Numbered from the stretch's first letter, positions 43,407-53,737 are shown. The stretch: DNA of 63,134 nucleotides from Ignavibacteria bacterium (GCA_013287605.1 JABDDM010000005.1:1-63134), one strand, 5' to 3'. A program made the numbers and translations. The notes: generated by a model from the letters alone, not told the origin.

Positions 43407-45215
43407 ATGAGGAAAGTTAGTCTTACTGACACGCTAAAAAAAGAACGCGATCCACGACATAGAGTCTATCTCTTACTCGCTGAAGCGGAAGCCCTGGCGC
43501 GCCCGGATATTCAACGGAGCGTGCAACTGAGTCTTCAGAGCATAAATGAAGCGAGGATATCGAAGATGAAGGATCTCATTGCCGCAAGCTTTGCGATCGC
43601 GGGCAAAAATACTTTCGTTGGCGGAGATCGAAAGAAAGCTGCAGGATACTTCAAACAAGCTTTGACGATTTATGATAGGCTGGGGGATGTAGACGCAGTA
43701 CTGGAGATGGAGTTCGAATTGGCTTCGGCAAAGCTGACGACAGGGAATGAGAGAGACACCTTGGTGCAGTTGCATCGGATACTTCATGATCGGACTCAGA
43801 CCCCATACCAAAGCCCAGCCGCAAGACAAGAGCACCTGCCGATTCGTACTACCGGCTTAGATGCGGTAGCCCGCTTTTTCATCCCGCGTTCATGGCAAGA
43901 TCGCGTTCAGAGACGGATTCCCACACCAGCGCAAATCGAAAAAAACCAGAGAATTCAGCTTGGAGCTTTGTATGATTCTCTTGGCCTTGCCTACATCGTG
44001 ATCCGCGAACATCACAAGGCCGCTTCATTCCTGGAGGAAGAACTTGCGATCTACAAGAGTTTGAATGATCGTCCCAGAATAGCTAATGCCATCAACAATT
44101 TGGGGTATATTCATGCACTCTTGGGAAACAACGTCCTCGCATTGGAGTATTGTCAGCAAGGATTGAAACTATCACGGCAATTGCAGGACAAGCGTGGCAT
44201 CGCGATCAATCAGCGAAATCTAGCACAACTCTATCTTACGACCGGCCCCGCAAGCCTTGGAAAGCGATTCGCAATGAAGTCATTCGAAACCGCCTCTGAG
44301 ATCGGAATGTCGGAGTTAGCTTGCCGAGCACTTGTCTTGCTTACCAAATATGAGCGCCTGCATGGTTCCCTTACTAAGTCCTCAAGTCTCAATGCAAAAG
44401 CATTGCGAATGTTGAAAAAAGGAGACAAAGGCAGACAATTCTTTTTCTTCTCTCTGCAACAATTGCTCATCGAGCATGCGCGGCAACCTTCGCGTAGTAA
44501 TTACACAAAGCTTCTTCGCCTGTACAGAGGCGCCAAAGCAAAGGGCTTGGAATTGCACCACGAAATCGCTCAGGAGATCGCCCGTGTGACCGAAGAACTT
44601 CACCTGCTTCCAGAGGCCGTCCGCTGGTTCAAGAAGGTTCAGGAGTATGAGATCCAGCGTTTGAACACAGAGCAGAAGAGTGCACTCGTTAGCTTGCAAA
44701 CGGAGCAAGAACTTGAGCGACTGGCAAAAGAACGAGAACTCCAGAAGTTGCAAATGGATAAACTCGAAGTGGAGTTGAATGCCAAAGCTCGGGAGACGCA
44801 GTTGCTTGCAGTACTTCTTGCCAAGAAAGGATCGGTCCTTGCAACACTAACCGATCAGTTGTCGACCATGAAGTCCTCCAATCCCAAATATTCGGAAGAG
44901 ACGATTGATGCAGTCATCGAGCTGATTGAGACGAGTCGTCACAAAGACAAAGAGTATGAGCATCTTGAAGAACGCGCCGAAGCGCTTCATCATGAGTTTA
45001 TCGTCTCGCTCTCGCAGCGCTTTCCAGAACTGACAGCCGCGGAAAAACGAATTTGCATACTCCTAAAGTTAGGGCTTAGCTCAGTTGATATTGCGAATGT
45101 TCTTTTTACGTCCGTTCGCACGATCGAAACACATTGTCTCAGTATCCGGAAGAAACTCCGGATTCCCTCGAGCACACGTCTCGCCAAGTTCTTAATAGCA
45201 TTTGAGCCCGCCTAA
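43407..45215 (+). CDS. TPR-repeat / coiled-coil transcriptional regulator with a C-terminal LuxR-type HTH
   Basis: It has TPR-like repeats ('ALEYCQQGLKLSRQLQDKRGIAINQRNLAQLY') and a coiled coil ('EQELERLAKERELQKLQMDKLEVELNAK'). The LuxR HTH is 'LTAAEKRICILLKLGLSSVDIANVLFTSVRTIETHCLSIRKKL'. Confidence 0.85.
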   Translation: MRKVSLTDTLKKERDPRHRVYLLLAEAEALARPDIQRSVQLSLQSINEARISKMKDLIAASFAIAGKNTFVGGDRKKAAGYFKQALTIYDRLGDVDAVLEMEFELASAKLTTGNERDTLVQLHRILHDRTQTPYQSPAARQEHLPIRTTGLDAVARFFIPRSWQDRVQRRIPTPAQIEKNQRIQLGALYDSLGLAYIVIREHHKAASFLEEELAIYKSLNDRPRIANAINNLGYIHALLGNNVLALEYCQQGLKLSRQLQDKRGIAINQRNLAQLYLTTGPASLGKRFAMKSFETASEIGMSELACRALVLLTKYERLHGSLTKSSSLNAKALRMLKKGDKGRQFFFFSLQQLLIEHARQPSRSNYTKLLRLYRGAKAKGLELHHEIAQEIARVTEELHLLPEAVRWFKKVQEYEIQRLNTEQKSALVSLQTEQELERLAKERELQKLQMDKLEVELNAKARETQLLAVLLAKKGSVLATLTDQLSTMKSSNPKYSEETIDAVIELIETSRHKDKEYEHLEERAEALHHEFIVSLSQRFPELTAAEKRICILLKLGLSSVDIANVLFTSVRTIETHCLSIRKKLRIPSSTRLAKFLIAFEPA

Positions 45216-45327
45216 ACAGCCTACGTAGTTTATTCAGTAGTCCCACAAAGAATTCTCTTCACAACGAGTCGTTTGGTATTTCGGGTCTTGACATGACTCA
45301 ACTGTGAAATTCATTCAGGAGGACTTT

Positions 45328-46944
45328 ATGAACAAGGTGCACAGCGCCTCTTCTACCGCTATGGATCCCTATGCCGGTCCCTGGGGATTTGCCCAGGCCG
45401 CTCATTTATTGCGACGTTGCATGTTTGGCGCCACAGCGAAGGATATCAGTACTATGCAGCAGTTGACGATGTCACAGGCAGTCGATTTGCTACTTGCAGA
45501 TCAAGTTCCAGAGAGCAGCGCCCCTCTTGTTTGGTATCATTATGACATTAACGGCGTCAGTCAAGGTCAAACGTGGGTCAATCTTGATTATGACGCTTCT
45601 CACGATTTCAATAGGACCCAATCATTGGGGTCTTGGTGGCTCGGGCTCATGATCGCTCAAAATCTTTCGATTCGTGAGAAGATGACACTTTTCTGGCACA
45701 ATCATTTTGCCTGCGGCGCGGCGGCCGTAAGTGATGCTCGCTATTCCTATAAACAATGCGCGCTACTCAGAGCGAATGCACTTGGCAATTACAAATCCCT
45801 CGTAAAAGAGATTACGCTCGACCCTGCAGTACTCCGATACTTGAGCGGCAATAAGAATATCAGCTCGGCCCCTAATGAGAACTACGGGCGTGAATTACAG
45901 GAATTGTTCACGATTGGAAAAGGCCCCGAAGTATCCACTGGAGACTATACAACGTATACGGAAGCCGACGTCAAGGCGGCGGCACATGTACTGACTGGCT
46001 GGAGCGATGATCAGCAGACTGTTGGGCGTGTCTTCAACGCGGCCAAACACGACCCATCCGATAAGCAATTCTCGGCACGCTATGGCAATACCATCATCAA
46101 AGGAGGATCGGATCAAGCAGGAGCCGAGAAAGAGATAGACGCCCTGATAACGATGATCTTCAGTCAGGATGCTACCGCGAAATACATTTCAAGGAAGCTG
46201 TACCGCTGGTTTGTCGATTATGTGATCGACGATTCTATCGAACAGAATGTGATCGCACCCATGGCAGACGCACTAAAAACAAATAACTTCGAGATCAAGC
46301 CGGTGCTCTCATTGCTCTTCAAGAGTTCACATTTTTATGACGCGGCTTACACAGGATGCGTCATCAAGACGCCCATGGATTATATCGTGGGTACGCTGCG
46401 ATGCATCGATGTTGTGATGCCGATGAATGAGGGTGTCATTACCCAGTATTATGGCTGGATCGGTCTCCTGGTGACTGGAGCGAATCTTCAAATGGACTTG
46501 ATGGAACCTCCTAATGTCGCGGGTTGGCCAGCGTATTATCAGCAGCCCGAGTTTCATGAGCTCTGGCTAAATGCAGACACACTCGATTCCAGGATCAAAC
46601 TCGTCGATGATTTCGCATCAAACAAATACGCGATCGCTGTCCAGGTGCAGTACAAGACAAGCATCGACCCAACGTTGTTGGCGCAAAAGTCTTCCGATCC
46701 ATCGAATCCCGATACACTGATCAATGATTGGGCGAAGCTACTTTATCCAAATCCACTCACTCCAGATCAATTGAAGACGTTGCATGACACGCTTCTACCG
46801 GGATTGCCGAGCTACGAGTGGACCAATGAGTGGGCCGCTTTTATCAATAATCAGAGTGACGCGGCGAAGAAGCAGGCGGTCAGCGACAAGCTGACTATTC
46901 TCTTGAAGTACATGCTGGAAATGGCGGAATACCAACTGATGTAA
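45328..46944 (+). CDS. DUF1800 protein, second paralogue, with no signal peptide
   Basis: The ATG at 45328 follows AGGAGG by 6 nt; the track start at 45304 is a GTG. The hallmarks 'AAHLLRRCMFG', 'MTLFWHNHFA' and 'NENYGRELQELFTIG' are present. The N-terminus 'MNKVHSASSTAMDPYAGPWG' has no hydrophobic or RR signal. Confidence 0.85.
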   Translation: MNKVHSASSTAMDPYAGPWGFAQAAHLLRRCMFGATAKDISTMQQLTMSQAVDLLLADQVPESSAPLVWYHYDINGVSQGQTWVNLDYDASHDFNRTQSLGSWWLGLMIAQNLSIREKMTLFWHNHFACGAAAVSDARYSYKQCALLRANALGNYKSLVKEITLDPAVLRYLSGNKNISSAPNENYGRELQELFTIGKGPEVSTGDYTTYTEADVKAAAHVLTGWSDDQQTVGRVFNAAKHDPSDKQFSARYGNTIIKGGSDQAGAEKEIDALITMIFSQDATAKYISRKLYRWFVDYVIDDSIEQNVIAPMADALKTNNFEIKPVLSLLFKSSHFYDAAYTGCVIKTPMDYIVGTLRCIDVVMPMNEGVITQYYGWIGLLVTGANLQMDLMEPPNVAGWPAYYQQPEFHELWLNADTLDSRIKLVDDFASNKYAIAVQVQYKTSIDPTLLAQKSSDPSNPDTLINDWAKLLYPNPLTPDQLKTLHDTLLPGLPSYEWTNEWAAFINNQSDAAKKQAVSDKLTILLKYMLEMAEYQLM

Positions 46945-46970
46945 TCAGAAAAAGGGTAAGGAATACGAGT

Positions 46971-48536
46971 ATGAAACGTAGAGATTTCTTAAGAGCCGCA
47001 GCACCGGCAGCATTGTTGCCTTTCCTCGTTGGTGGCTACTCTGTAAAGGCGTTCGCAAACAATCCATTTCTGCATTCGCTAATGGCGAGTGGAGTGCCAT
47101 CTGACCGAGTTCTCGTGCTGATACAACTGATTGGAGGCAACGATGGGCTACAAACCGTCATCCCGCTCGATCAGTACGCGGCGATCATGGCAGCACGATT
47201 GAATATTGCGATTCCTGAAAAAGACGTTCTCAAGCTCAGTACCACTGTCGGATTGCATCCCGTGCTCACAGGAATGCAGACATTATATGCTCAAGGGAAA
47301 CTTGCGATCGTTCAGAACGTCGGATATCCGACCCCAAATTTCTCACACTTTCGATCGACAGACATCTGGCTTACTGGAGCTGACTACAATCAAGTCCTCC
47401 CGACTGGGTGGATGGGAAGATATCTGGACCAGGAATTCCCGGGTTATCCGACGGGATATCCAAATACTCAAATGCCCGATCCTATCGGGATCCAGATTGG
47501 ATCCGCCGTCTCACTTGGATTCGAAGGCCAAGGCGCAAATATGGGTATGGCATTCTCGAATGCCAACGAATTCTACAATATCATCAACGATACAACCTCT
47601 CCAACAGCTAATACTCGTGCTGGACATGAACTTGCATATGTGCGCTCCATAGGCGTCCAGCTTCAGAAATTTGCGTTGCCGGTAAAAACTGCATCCGGCA
47701 AAGGAGTGACAAAATCAACCCAATGGCCAAGTGCAAAAACGAATACGCTCGCCGATCAACTTCAAATTGTTGCAAGGCTCATTTCGGGTGGTCTCAAAAC
47801 GAAAATCTACGTTGTAAACCTGGGCGGTTTTGATAGTCATACCAATCAGCGTAATGGTCAGGATCCGCTGCTAGCGAAGCTTTCTATTGCCATTTCGGCA
47901 TTCCAGGATGAGCTTAAGCTTAATGCTCTAGAAGACCGAGTGCTCGGCATGACGTTTTCCGAGTTCGGACGCAGGATCAAATCAAACGACAGCGGCGGCA
48001 CCGATCATGGCGCTGCTTCCAGCATGTTCGTCTTTGGATCAAAGGTTATAGCTGGTATTCAAGGATCGAATCCAGTGCTTCCGACAAATGCTACGTTCGA
48101 CGATAATCTGAACATGCAATTCGACTTCCGATCGGTCTATGCCTCCGTGCTGCGAGAGTGGTTCGGTGCAGGTGATGCAGAAGTCACGAACACGCTGTTT
48201 AAAGAGTATCCGACAATTCCGATCATCCAATCTTCTGGAGTGAGCGCTCCGGCGCCGATCGAGCCGGCAGACCTTCTTCAGAACTATCCTAACCCATGCG
48301 GAGCGGCTGGCATCTCTCGTACAACACAGATCACGTTCCGAACAAATGGCGGTCGAACAACTCTGCGCCTCTACAACACGAAGGGCGATCTTGTAAGCAC
48401 GATCATCGACAACGTGGTCGCGCGGGGTAAACAAAGCATCGCCTTCGATGCAGGGAGCCTCGCAAGTGGCACTTATTTTTACCGGCTGGAGACAGGAGGA
48501 GCAACGCTGACAAAATCGATGGTCGTGCTCAGGTAG
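46971..48536 (+). CDS. DUF1501 protein, second paralogue, with a Tat signal and a T9SS C-terminal sorting domain
   Basis: The Tat signal is 'MKRRDFLRAAAPAALLPFLVGGYSVKAFA'. The hallmarks 'IQLIGGNDGLQ' and 'SGGTDHGAAS' are present. The sorting domain is 'LQNYPNPCGAAGISRTTQITF...LASGTYFYRLETGGATLTKSMVVLR'. Confidence 0.88.
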   Translation: MKRRDFLRAAAPAALLPFLVGGYSVKAFANNPFLHSLMASGVPSDRVLVLIQLIGGNDGLQTVIPLDQYAAIMAARLNIAIPEKDVLKLSTTVGLHPVLTGMQTLYAQGKLAIVQNVGYPTPNFSHFRSTDIWLTGADYNQVLPTGWMGRYLDQEFPGYPTGYPNTQMPDPIGIQIGSAVSLGFEGQGANMGMAFSNANEFYNIINDTTSPTANTRAGHELAYVRSIGVQLQKFALPVKTASGKGVTKSTQWPSAKTNTLADQLQIVARLISGGLKTKIYVVNLGGFDSHTNQRNGQDPLLAKLSIAISAFQDELKLNALEDRVLGMTFSEFGRRIKSNDSGGTDHGAASSMFVFGSKVIAGIQGSNPVLPTNATFDDNLNMQFDFRSVYASVLREWFGAGDAEVTNTLFKEYPTIPIIQSSGVSAPAPIEPADLLQNYPNPCGAAGISRTTQITFRTNGGRTTLRLYNTKGDLVSTIIDNVVARGKQSIAFDAGSLASGTYFYRLETGGATLTKSMVVLR

Positions 48537-48649
48537 TGGGCCTCCGCCTTTGAACCTTCGAGTTCGTCCCCATGCATTTCTTGATCACCCGCCACGGCAT
48601 TGCCATGACGGGTTTTTCTTGTAGTTTTGCTCGAGATAATATTGACATT

Positions 48650-50491
48650 ATGGAAACAACATTCCAACCTTACTCGGCCAAGTCCCTCTCTTCAATTGTC
48701 TGCTTTCTGCAGTCCAGTAGAAGAAAAAGTTTTTGCATCGTTGGTTTGCTGACATTGTGCTTACTCTTGTCACAATCTGTTTCACAAGCACAATGGCCGC
48801 CTGTGCTGTTAACACCTTCTCGTGCACTCCAGCATTTGCGCCTTCCAAACCACCGCTTTGTGCCATCGACCCGGCGCTGGAATCTGGTCTGGGCAGATCA
48901 GATTGTCCCCGGTAATTTCACTCAAGGCAAACTGGTGTTTGCCGCAGAGCACTACGTCGCAACTCAAAAGATCTTTGCCAGCCAGGCGGCACAGTTTCGC
49001 GCGATTAGCCCGAATTTTCTAGTGATCGCGTATCATCTGGCTGCAGGTTTGAATCCGCTGCATAACGATGATTGTCCCGATCCAAAAAATAACAAGGGCG
49101 CGGGATTTATCGGAATCATTGGTCCTAAGGGATACGTGAGCGAGTATCAAGAGTACTTTCGTCCGTGGCTCGCACTTAATAACATTACCGAAGGCGATGC
49201 TCGGTTTGAAGCGATGTTCCAACATTACGATGCGACGGATCTCGCTCATCGTGTCTGGCATGGAGATCCTGCGTGGCTGATGAACATGGCCAATGTGGAT
49301 TGGAAGAAATATCTCGGCGATGTCACTCTTGACTGGATGAATGGTAACTCCAATGAAGGAGTCTTTTTCGACGTAGCTGTTGAGACCAACTCCTCGCTCT
49401 ATAATCCAAAGTCAGGTGATCCCGCACCGGTCAACTTTGACTGGTGGGCGCCGCCGCATGGTCCGTCTGGCGAAGCTTCCCAGACGCAGGATCGCTCCGC
49501 CTTCTCGAATTGGATGAACCGCCGTTACCTCGGGTGCTATCAAGAGATTTACAAGCGCTTTCACACAGGTGTCGATTATCTTGTGATCCCGAACACTGAT
49601 CAAATGGTCACGACAGTCTACGATCCGCTCTGGACTGATGGCGACTCACTCGGAGAAACCATCGATGGAGCGATGATGGAAAGTTTCGGATCGTACCACG
49701 GACAGGATATGTGGCTGACACTCGAGCGCGGCGTGAGACACATCACCGGAAGAGGAAAAATTCTCATCGCACAATTCTACGGAGTTGATTCCACTGAACG
49801 ATTGCGGCGTACCGCAATGTACATGCTCATCAAGAATGAGAATAGTTTTCTGAATATCATCAATGATGATGGTGTTGAGTGGTATCCAGAGTATGAAATA
49901 GATTTAGGTGATCAAAGCCCATTGCCGCACTCGCTTGATTCGCTGCGCATAGCTGGGCAGACCTGGCAATCGGTATGGGCGCGAGACTATGCTCACGGTC
50001 GCGTCCTCTGTAACACCTCCGACGCAGCGATGCAGGTGGCAGTTCCAACCGTAGGGAAGTGGGCTCAAATCATTACACATGGCGGCGGGAAAGTCTTAGA
50101 CGACGGCACGGCGTTGCCACAATCTGTTTCTTCCTTGCCGGTCACTGGTACCATCACCATCCCTGCTTCAGGTGGAGTTATCCTTCTTAGACAGGATACG
50201 GCAGCATTCGTAACCAACACTCCTGAATTAGTCGGAGCGACCTTAAAGATCAATCCCAATCCTACCTATGGCTCAACATACATTCACATAACAAATGATA
50301 CACGGAGTGTCGTTGATGTTTCCATCATCGACATGTTGGGTAAGGAAGTCGCTCACGTATTCTCGGGTGAACTTGATGCCGGAGAGCATTCCTTCAGGTG
50401 GGATTCGAAGGAATTATCTGCAGGCATGTACGTATGTAATCTCCTCATTCAAGGACGAACGGACCGAGTGCCAATGATTCTCGCCAGATAG
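48650..50491 (+). CDS. T9SS-sorted hypothetical protein (possibly a TIM-barrel glycoside-hydrolase-like fold)
   Basis: The start is placed at METTFQ..., followed by the hydrophobic signal 'FCIVGLLTLCLLLSQSVSQAQ'. The sorting domain is 'LKINPNPTYGSTYIHI...LSAGMYVCNLLIQGRTDRVPMILAR'. The central 450 aa or so are unrecognised, and the hydrolase idea is only an impression. Confidence 0.6.
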   Translation: METTFQPYSAKSLSSIVCFLQSSRRKSFCIVGLLTLCLLLSQSVSQAQWPPVLLTPSRALQHLRLPNHRFVPSTRRWNLVWADQIVPGNFTQGKLVFAAEHYVATQKIFASQAAQFRAISPNFLVIAYHLAAGLNPLHNDDCPDPKNNKGAGFIGIIGPKGYVSEYQEYFRPWLALNNITEGDARFEAMFQHYDATDLAHRVWHGDPAWLMNMANVDWKKYLGDVTLDWMNGNSNEGVFFDVAVETNSSLYNPKSGDPAPVNFDWWAPPHGPSGEASQTQDRSAFSNWMNRRYLGCYQEIYKRFHTGVDYLVIPNTDQMVTTVYDPLWTDGDSLGETIDGAMMESFGSYHGQDMWLTLERGVRHITGRGKILIAQFYGVDSTERLRRTAMYMLIKNENSFLNIINDDGVEWYPEYEIDLGDQSPLPHSLDSLRIAGQTWQSVWARDYAHGRVLCNTSDAAMQVAVPTVGKWAQIITHGGGKVLDDGTALPQSVSSLPVTGTITIPASGGVILLRQDTAAFVTNTPELVGATLKINPNPTYGSTYIHITNDTRSVVDVSIIDMLGKEVAHVFSGELDAGEHSFRWDSKELSAGMYVCNLLIQGRTDRVPMILAR

Positions 50492-50605
50492 CCTACTGTC
50501 TGTGGGCACGCCTTTTCGAAGATCTGAGGGAATGACTATGCCGTGTGAATGTTGAGTTGTCCGCTCATAATCGCATGAGCAACGATTCCGACTACTACTG
50601 ATTCA

Positions 50606-52012
50606 ATGCCATTTAAGTCACTAAACATCATTGAGCCGATCCTGAGGTCGCTTCATGAGGAAGGCTACCGCACTCCGACTCCGATTCAACAGCAGGCAAT
50701 TCCGATCGTCCTCGAAGGCAAAGACCTTCTTGGAGTTGCGCAGACCGGAACAGGAAAGACAGCCGCGTTCGCAGTCCCGATCATTCAACTTCTGTCGGAT
50801 CGGCAACATTCTCACAGCGACAAGAGCAAGCGAAAGAACATACGAAGCTTGATTCTCACGCCCACACGTGAACTCGCTGTGCAGATCGATCAAAGTATCA
50901 AGGCCTACGGCAGGCATACGGGCATTAGCAGCGTTGTTATTTTTGGCGGAGTCAAGCAAGGTCAGCAGACCAACGCGCTTCGCCGAGGGGTTGATGTTGT
51001 GGTTGCAACCCCCGGGAGGCTGCTCGATCTGATGGATCAGGGATTTGTTCACTTGCAGCACGTCGAGATTTTTGTCCTTGATGAAGCTGATCGCATGCTC
51101 GATATGGGGTTTGTTCGCGATGTCCAGGATATCCTTTCAACGATTCCCAAAAAACGGCAGTCATTATTCTTTTCTGCCACGATGCCGCCAGCGATTGTAA
51201 AACTTGCGCACGACATTCTTGATCATCCTGTAAGAGTTGAAGTGACACCAGCAAGGGATACGGTCGATTTGATCGAGCAATCGGTCTATTATGTCGACAA
51301 GTCCAGAAAGCCCGCGCTATTGTTGCAATTGCTGGAGAACGACGATATCAGGAATGCTCTTGTCTTTACTCGCACCAAACATGGCGCCGATTCTGTCGTG
51401 CGGACGCTCGAACGAAACCACATCAGCGCGGACGCGATCCACGGCAACAAATCACAGAACGCACGCCAACGCGCACTCGACAATTTCAAGGCACAAAAGA
51501 CCAGAGTACTCGTAGCGACGGACATCGCGGCCCGCGGCATCGATGTTGATAATCTCGAATATGTCATCAACTATGAGATCCCGAATGTCCCGGAAACTTA
51601 CGTGCACAGAATTGGCAGAACCGGTCGTGCCGGTGCTTCAGGGACCGCACTCTCATTGTGTGGTCCCGACGAGAAAGGGTACCTGCGTGAAATTGAGAGG
51701 CTGATCAAGAAGCGTATACCCGCGGCACACGATCATGCCATCGCAAAACTCGATCGCTTGCCCGTAGAGGTGCATCCGAGCGATCGTCGCGAACGACCGG
51801 CCAGGCCGCAACAGCACGCAAGGCCACAGCCGCAGCATTCCCGAGCGAAGCCTCAAAACTCTGAACCACAGCTACAACACATCAAGCCCGAATTAAAGCT
51901 TGCCAGACCTCAACATCCACCTGCGAAACAGCAGACGCCTGCAGCAAAACCTCAACCTTCCGGTGGACAGAAGAAGAAGCCGAATCACGGCTGGAGGCGA
52001 AAGAAGGGTTAG
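50606..52012 (+). CDS. DEAD-box ATP-dependent RNA helicase (RhlE-like) with a basic Pro/Gln-rich tail
   Basis: Present are the Q-motif 'GYRTPTPIQQQAIP', motif I 'AQTGTGKTAAF', 'PTRELA', 'VLDEADRMLDMGF', 'SAT' and 'HRIGRTGRAG'. Confidence 0.94.
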   Translation: MPFKSLNIIEPILRSLHEEGYRTPTPIQQQAIPIVLEGKDLLGVAQTGTGKTAAFAVPIIQLLSDRQHSHSDKSKRKNIRSLILTPTRELAVQIDQSIKAYGRHTGISSVVIFGGVKQGQQTNALRRGVDVVVATPGRLLDLMDQGFVHLQHVEIFVLDEADRMLDMGFVRDVQDILSTIPKKRQSLFFSATMPPAIVKLAHDILDHPVRVEVTPARDTVDLIEQSVYYVDKSRKPALLLQLLENDDIRNALVFTRTKHGADSVVRTLERNHISADAIHGNKSQNARQRALDNFKAQKTRVLVATDIAARGIDVDNLEYVINYEIPNVPETYVHRIGRTGRAGASGTALSLCGPDEKGYLREIERLIKKRIPAAHDHAIAKLDRLPVEVHPSDRRERPARPQQHARPQPQHSRAKPQNSEPQLQHIKPELKLARPQHPPAKQQTPAAKPQPSGGQKKKPNHGWRRKKG

Positions 52013-52146
52013 GCTGCATCTCTGTCGAAAGACTGAATTTTGGGCTGAAAGCGAACTTATAGGGTGCTGGGAAAGTTATTTGCGCGCTTGCGTTCGGATT
52101 CCGATCGTGTGCAATAGATGAGTGGCCTTAGGGCTAGTTGTTCAAT

Positions 52147-52220
52147 GGAGTGGTAGTTCAGTTGGTTAGAACGCCTGCCTGTCACGTAGGAGGTCGCGGG
52201 TTCGAGTCCCGTCCGCTCCG
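52147..52220 (+). tRNA. tRNA-Asp (anticodon GUC)
   Basis: It folds as a cloverleaf: acceptor GGAGTGG/CCGCTCC, D-arm GTTC-AGTTGGTTA-GAAC, anticodon loop CTGTCAC, T-loop TTCGAGT, discriminator G. CCA is not encoded. Confidence 0.93.
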
Positions 52221-52229
52221 CATTCATTT

Positions 52230-52260
52230 GACGTCCCCATTCGGGGACGTTCTTATTTTT
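52230..52260 (+). terminator. rho-independent terminator after tRNA-Asp
   Basis: The stem acgtcccc (52231-52238) pairs with ggggacgt (52243-52250) around the loop attc, followed by 'tcttattttt'. Confidence 0.8.
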
Positions 52261-52358
52261 GAGCGTACTTTTCATTTGATGGTCAACTGGCTCGTTATTT
52301 TCACCATACTTATTCGACTATGATCTATGGTGTTTAGAACGAAATTCTCTACGCGAGT

Positions 52359-52991
52359 ATGAAAAATCTTCAACGATCTGTCTCTTTTGGAGCATTTGCC
52401 CTTCTTGTTATCGGCGCTGTGGCATGGGTTGGTTCGCTGCAATCATGCGCGGCGATCAGTGCACTTACAAATCTTTCACATCTCGAATTCAAGATTCAGG
52501 ATGTCGCCCACGTTTCGCTTGCTAATGTGGACATGTCGAACAAGTATTCGATCAGCGACTTCAATGTCATGGACGGACTTAATCTTGCCAACGCGTTCCG
52601 CACCGGGCAATTTCCACTCACATTCACGCTGAATGTCGCTGCCCGCAATCCGAACCCGGCGAACGCAACGTACTCTGCTGTGCAGCTCACTCAATTTCCG
52701 TGGAAGCTCATGCTCGATGGTCATCAGACGATCTCGGGTGGCATCGGCGCACCGCTCTCAATTCCGAACGGTGGTACGACCCAGATCCTGCCGTTGCAGG
52801 CAACTGTCGATCTGAAGCAGTTCTTTGCGGACAAAGGCTACAATGATATTATCAATCTCGCGCTCTCGTTATCGGGACAGGGTGGAGCGTCGCACGTTCA
52901 GCTTCTTGCACAGCCGACGATCGGAACGCCCTATGGCAGCTTTAAATATCCGAACGAGTTGACGATCGTTAATACAGAATTCAGGAGCTAA
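52359..52991 (+). CDS. lipoprotein, possibly LEA_2 (NDR1/HIN1-like, water-stress) domain
   Basis: It has a signal peptide with the lipobox 'GSLQSC'. The beta-sandwich-like pattern 'LTFTLNVAARNPN...FPWKLMLDGHQTISGG...LPLQATVDL' recalls LEA type-2 domains. This is pattern-level only. Confidence 0.5.
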   Translation: MKNLQRSVSFGAFALLVIGAVAWVGSLQSCAAISALTNLSHLEFKIQDVAHVSLANVDMSNKYSISDFNVMDGLNLANAFRTGQFPLTFTLNVAARNPNPANATYSAVQLTQFPWKLMLDGHQTISGGIGAPLSIPNGGTTQILPLQATVDLKQFFADKGYNDIINLALSLSGQGGASHVQLLAQPTIGTPYGSFKYPNELTIVNTEFRS

Positions 52992-53018
52992 GTCATCCAG
53001 CAATCCCAGACAGACAGC

Positions 53019-53684
53019 ATGCGGCCGAAGGGGATCATCATAGCGATCGATGGCCCCACGGCCTCAGGAAAGAGTACCACAGCCAAACTCGTGGCGAACG
53101 CGCTTGGCTATCTGCATCTGAATACCGGAGCGATGTATCGAGCTGTCGCCCTGCTTGCTGATAAAGAAGGCGTCACAGAAGCGGACGGCAGGCTTTCCGA
53201 CCTTCTGAAACAAGCAGAGATCACCTTCGAAGCCACAGGCGCGGTCTGCCTGAATGGAAGAAATATCTCTGCGGACATCGACTCACTTGAGATAGCATTA
53301 CGCGCTAGCGAGCTCTCGACGATCGGTTTTGTCCGCGAGCATCTTGTTGAGCGGCAGCGCAAAATCGCTCGAGACGGCGGAGTGGTTCTTGAAGGACGCG
53401 ACATCGGTACTGTAGTGTTTCCCGATGCAGAACTCAAGATCTTTTTGGTTGCTGATCCCGCCGCGCGTGCAGTTCGGCGCCAGCATGAGATGGAAGAGCA
53501 TGGCCGCCACATTGCAATCGAAGAGATGAAGGCGCAACTTGCTGAGCGCGACAAGCGCGATCGCGAGCGGAAGCTGAGTCCGCTCAAGAAAGCCGATGAT
53601 GCGATCGAGATCGATACGACGTCACTCTCGATCGAGGAGCAGGTGCAAAAGGTCATCGATCTCGCAAGGAGCGTCTCGAAGTAA
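53019..53684 (+). CDS. cmk: (d)CMP kinase
   Basis: 'IIAIDGPTASGKSTTAKLVANALGYLHLNTGAMYRAVAL...GVVLEGRDIGTVVFPDAELKIFLVADPAARAVRR' is a canonical Cmk sequence. Confidence 0.95.
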   Translation: MRPKGIIIAIDGPTASGKSTTAKLVANALGYLHLNTGAMYRAVALLADKEGVTEADGRLSDLLKQAEITFEATGAVCLNGRNISADIDSLEIALRASELSTIGFVREHLVERQRKIARDGGVVLEGRDIGTVVFPDAELKIFLVADPAARAVRRQHEMEEHGRHIAIEEMKAQLAERDKRDRERKLSPLKKADDAIEIDTTSLSIEEQVQKVIDLARSVSK

Positions 53685-53737
53685 GGCTGTAGAATTATCA
53701 TCGGAACGGCCTCTGATAGCCGTTTCGTTAGCCACAT

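Noticed and set aside
52057-52275. A 72-aa minus-strand ORF.
   Set aside because: It overlaps tRNA-Asp and its terminator. The tRNA cloverleaf explains the sequence.
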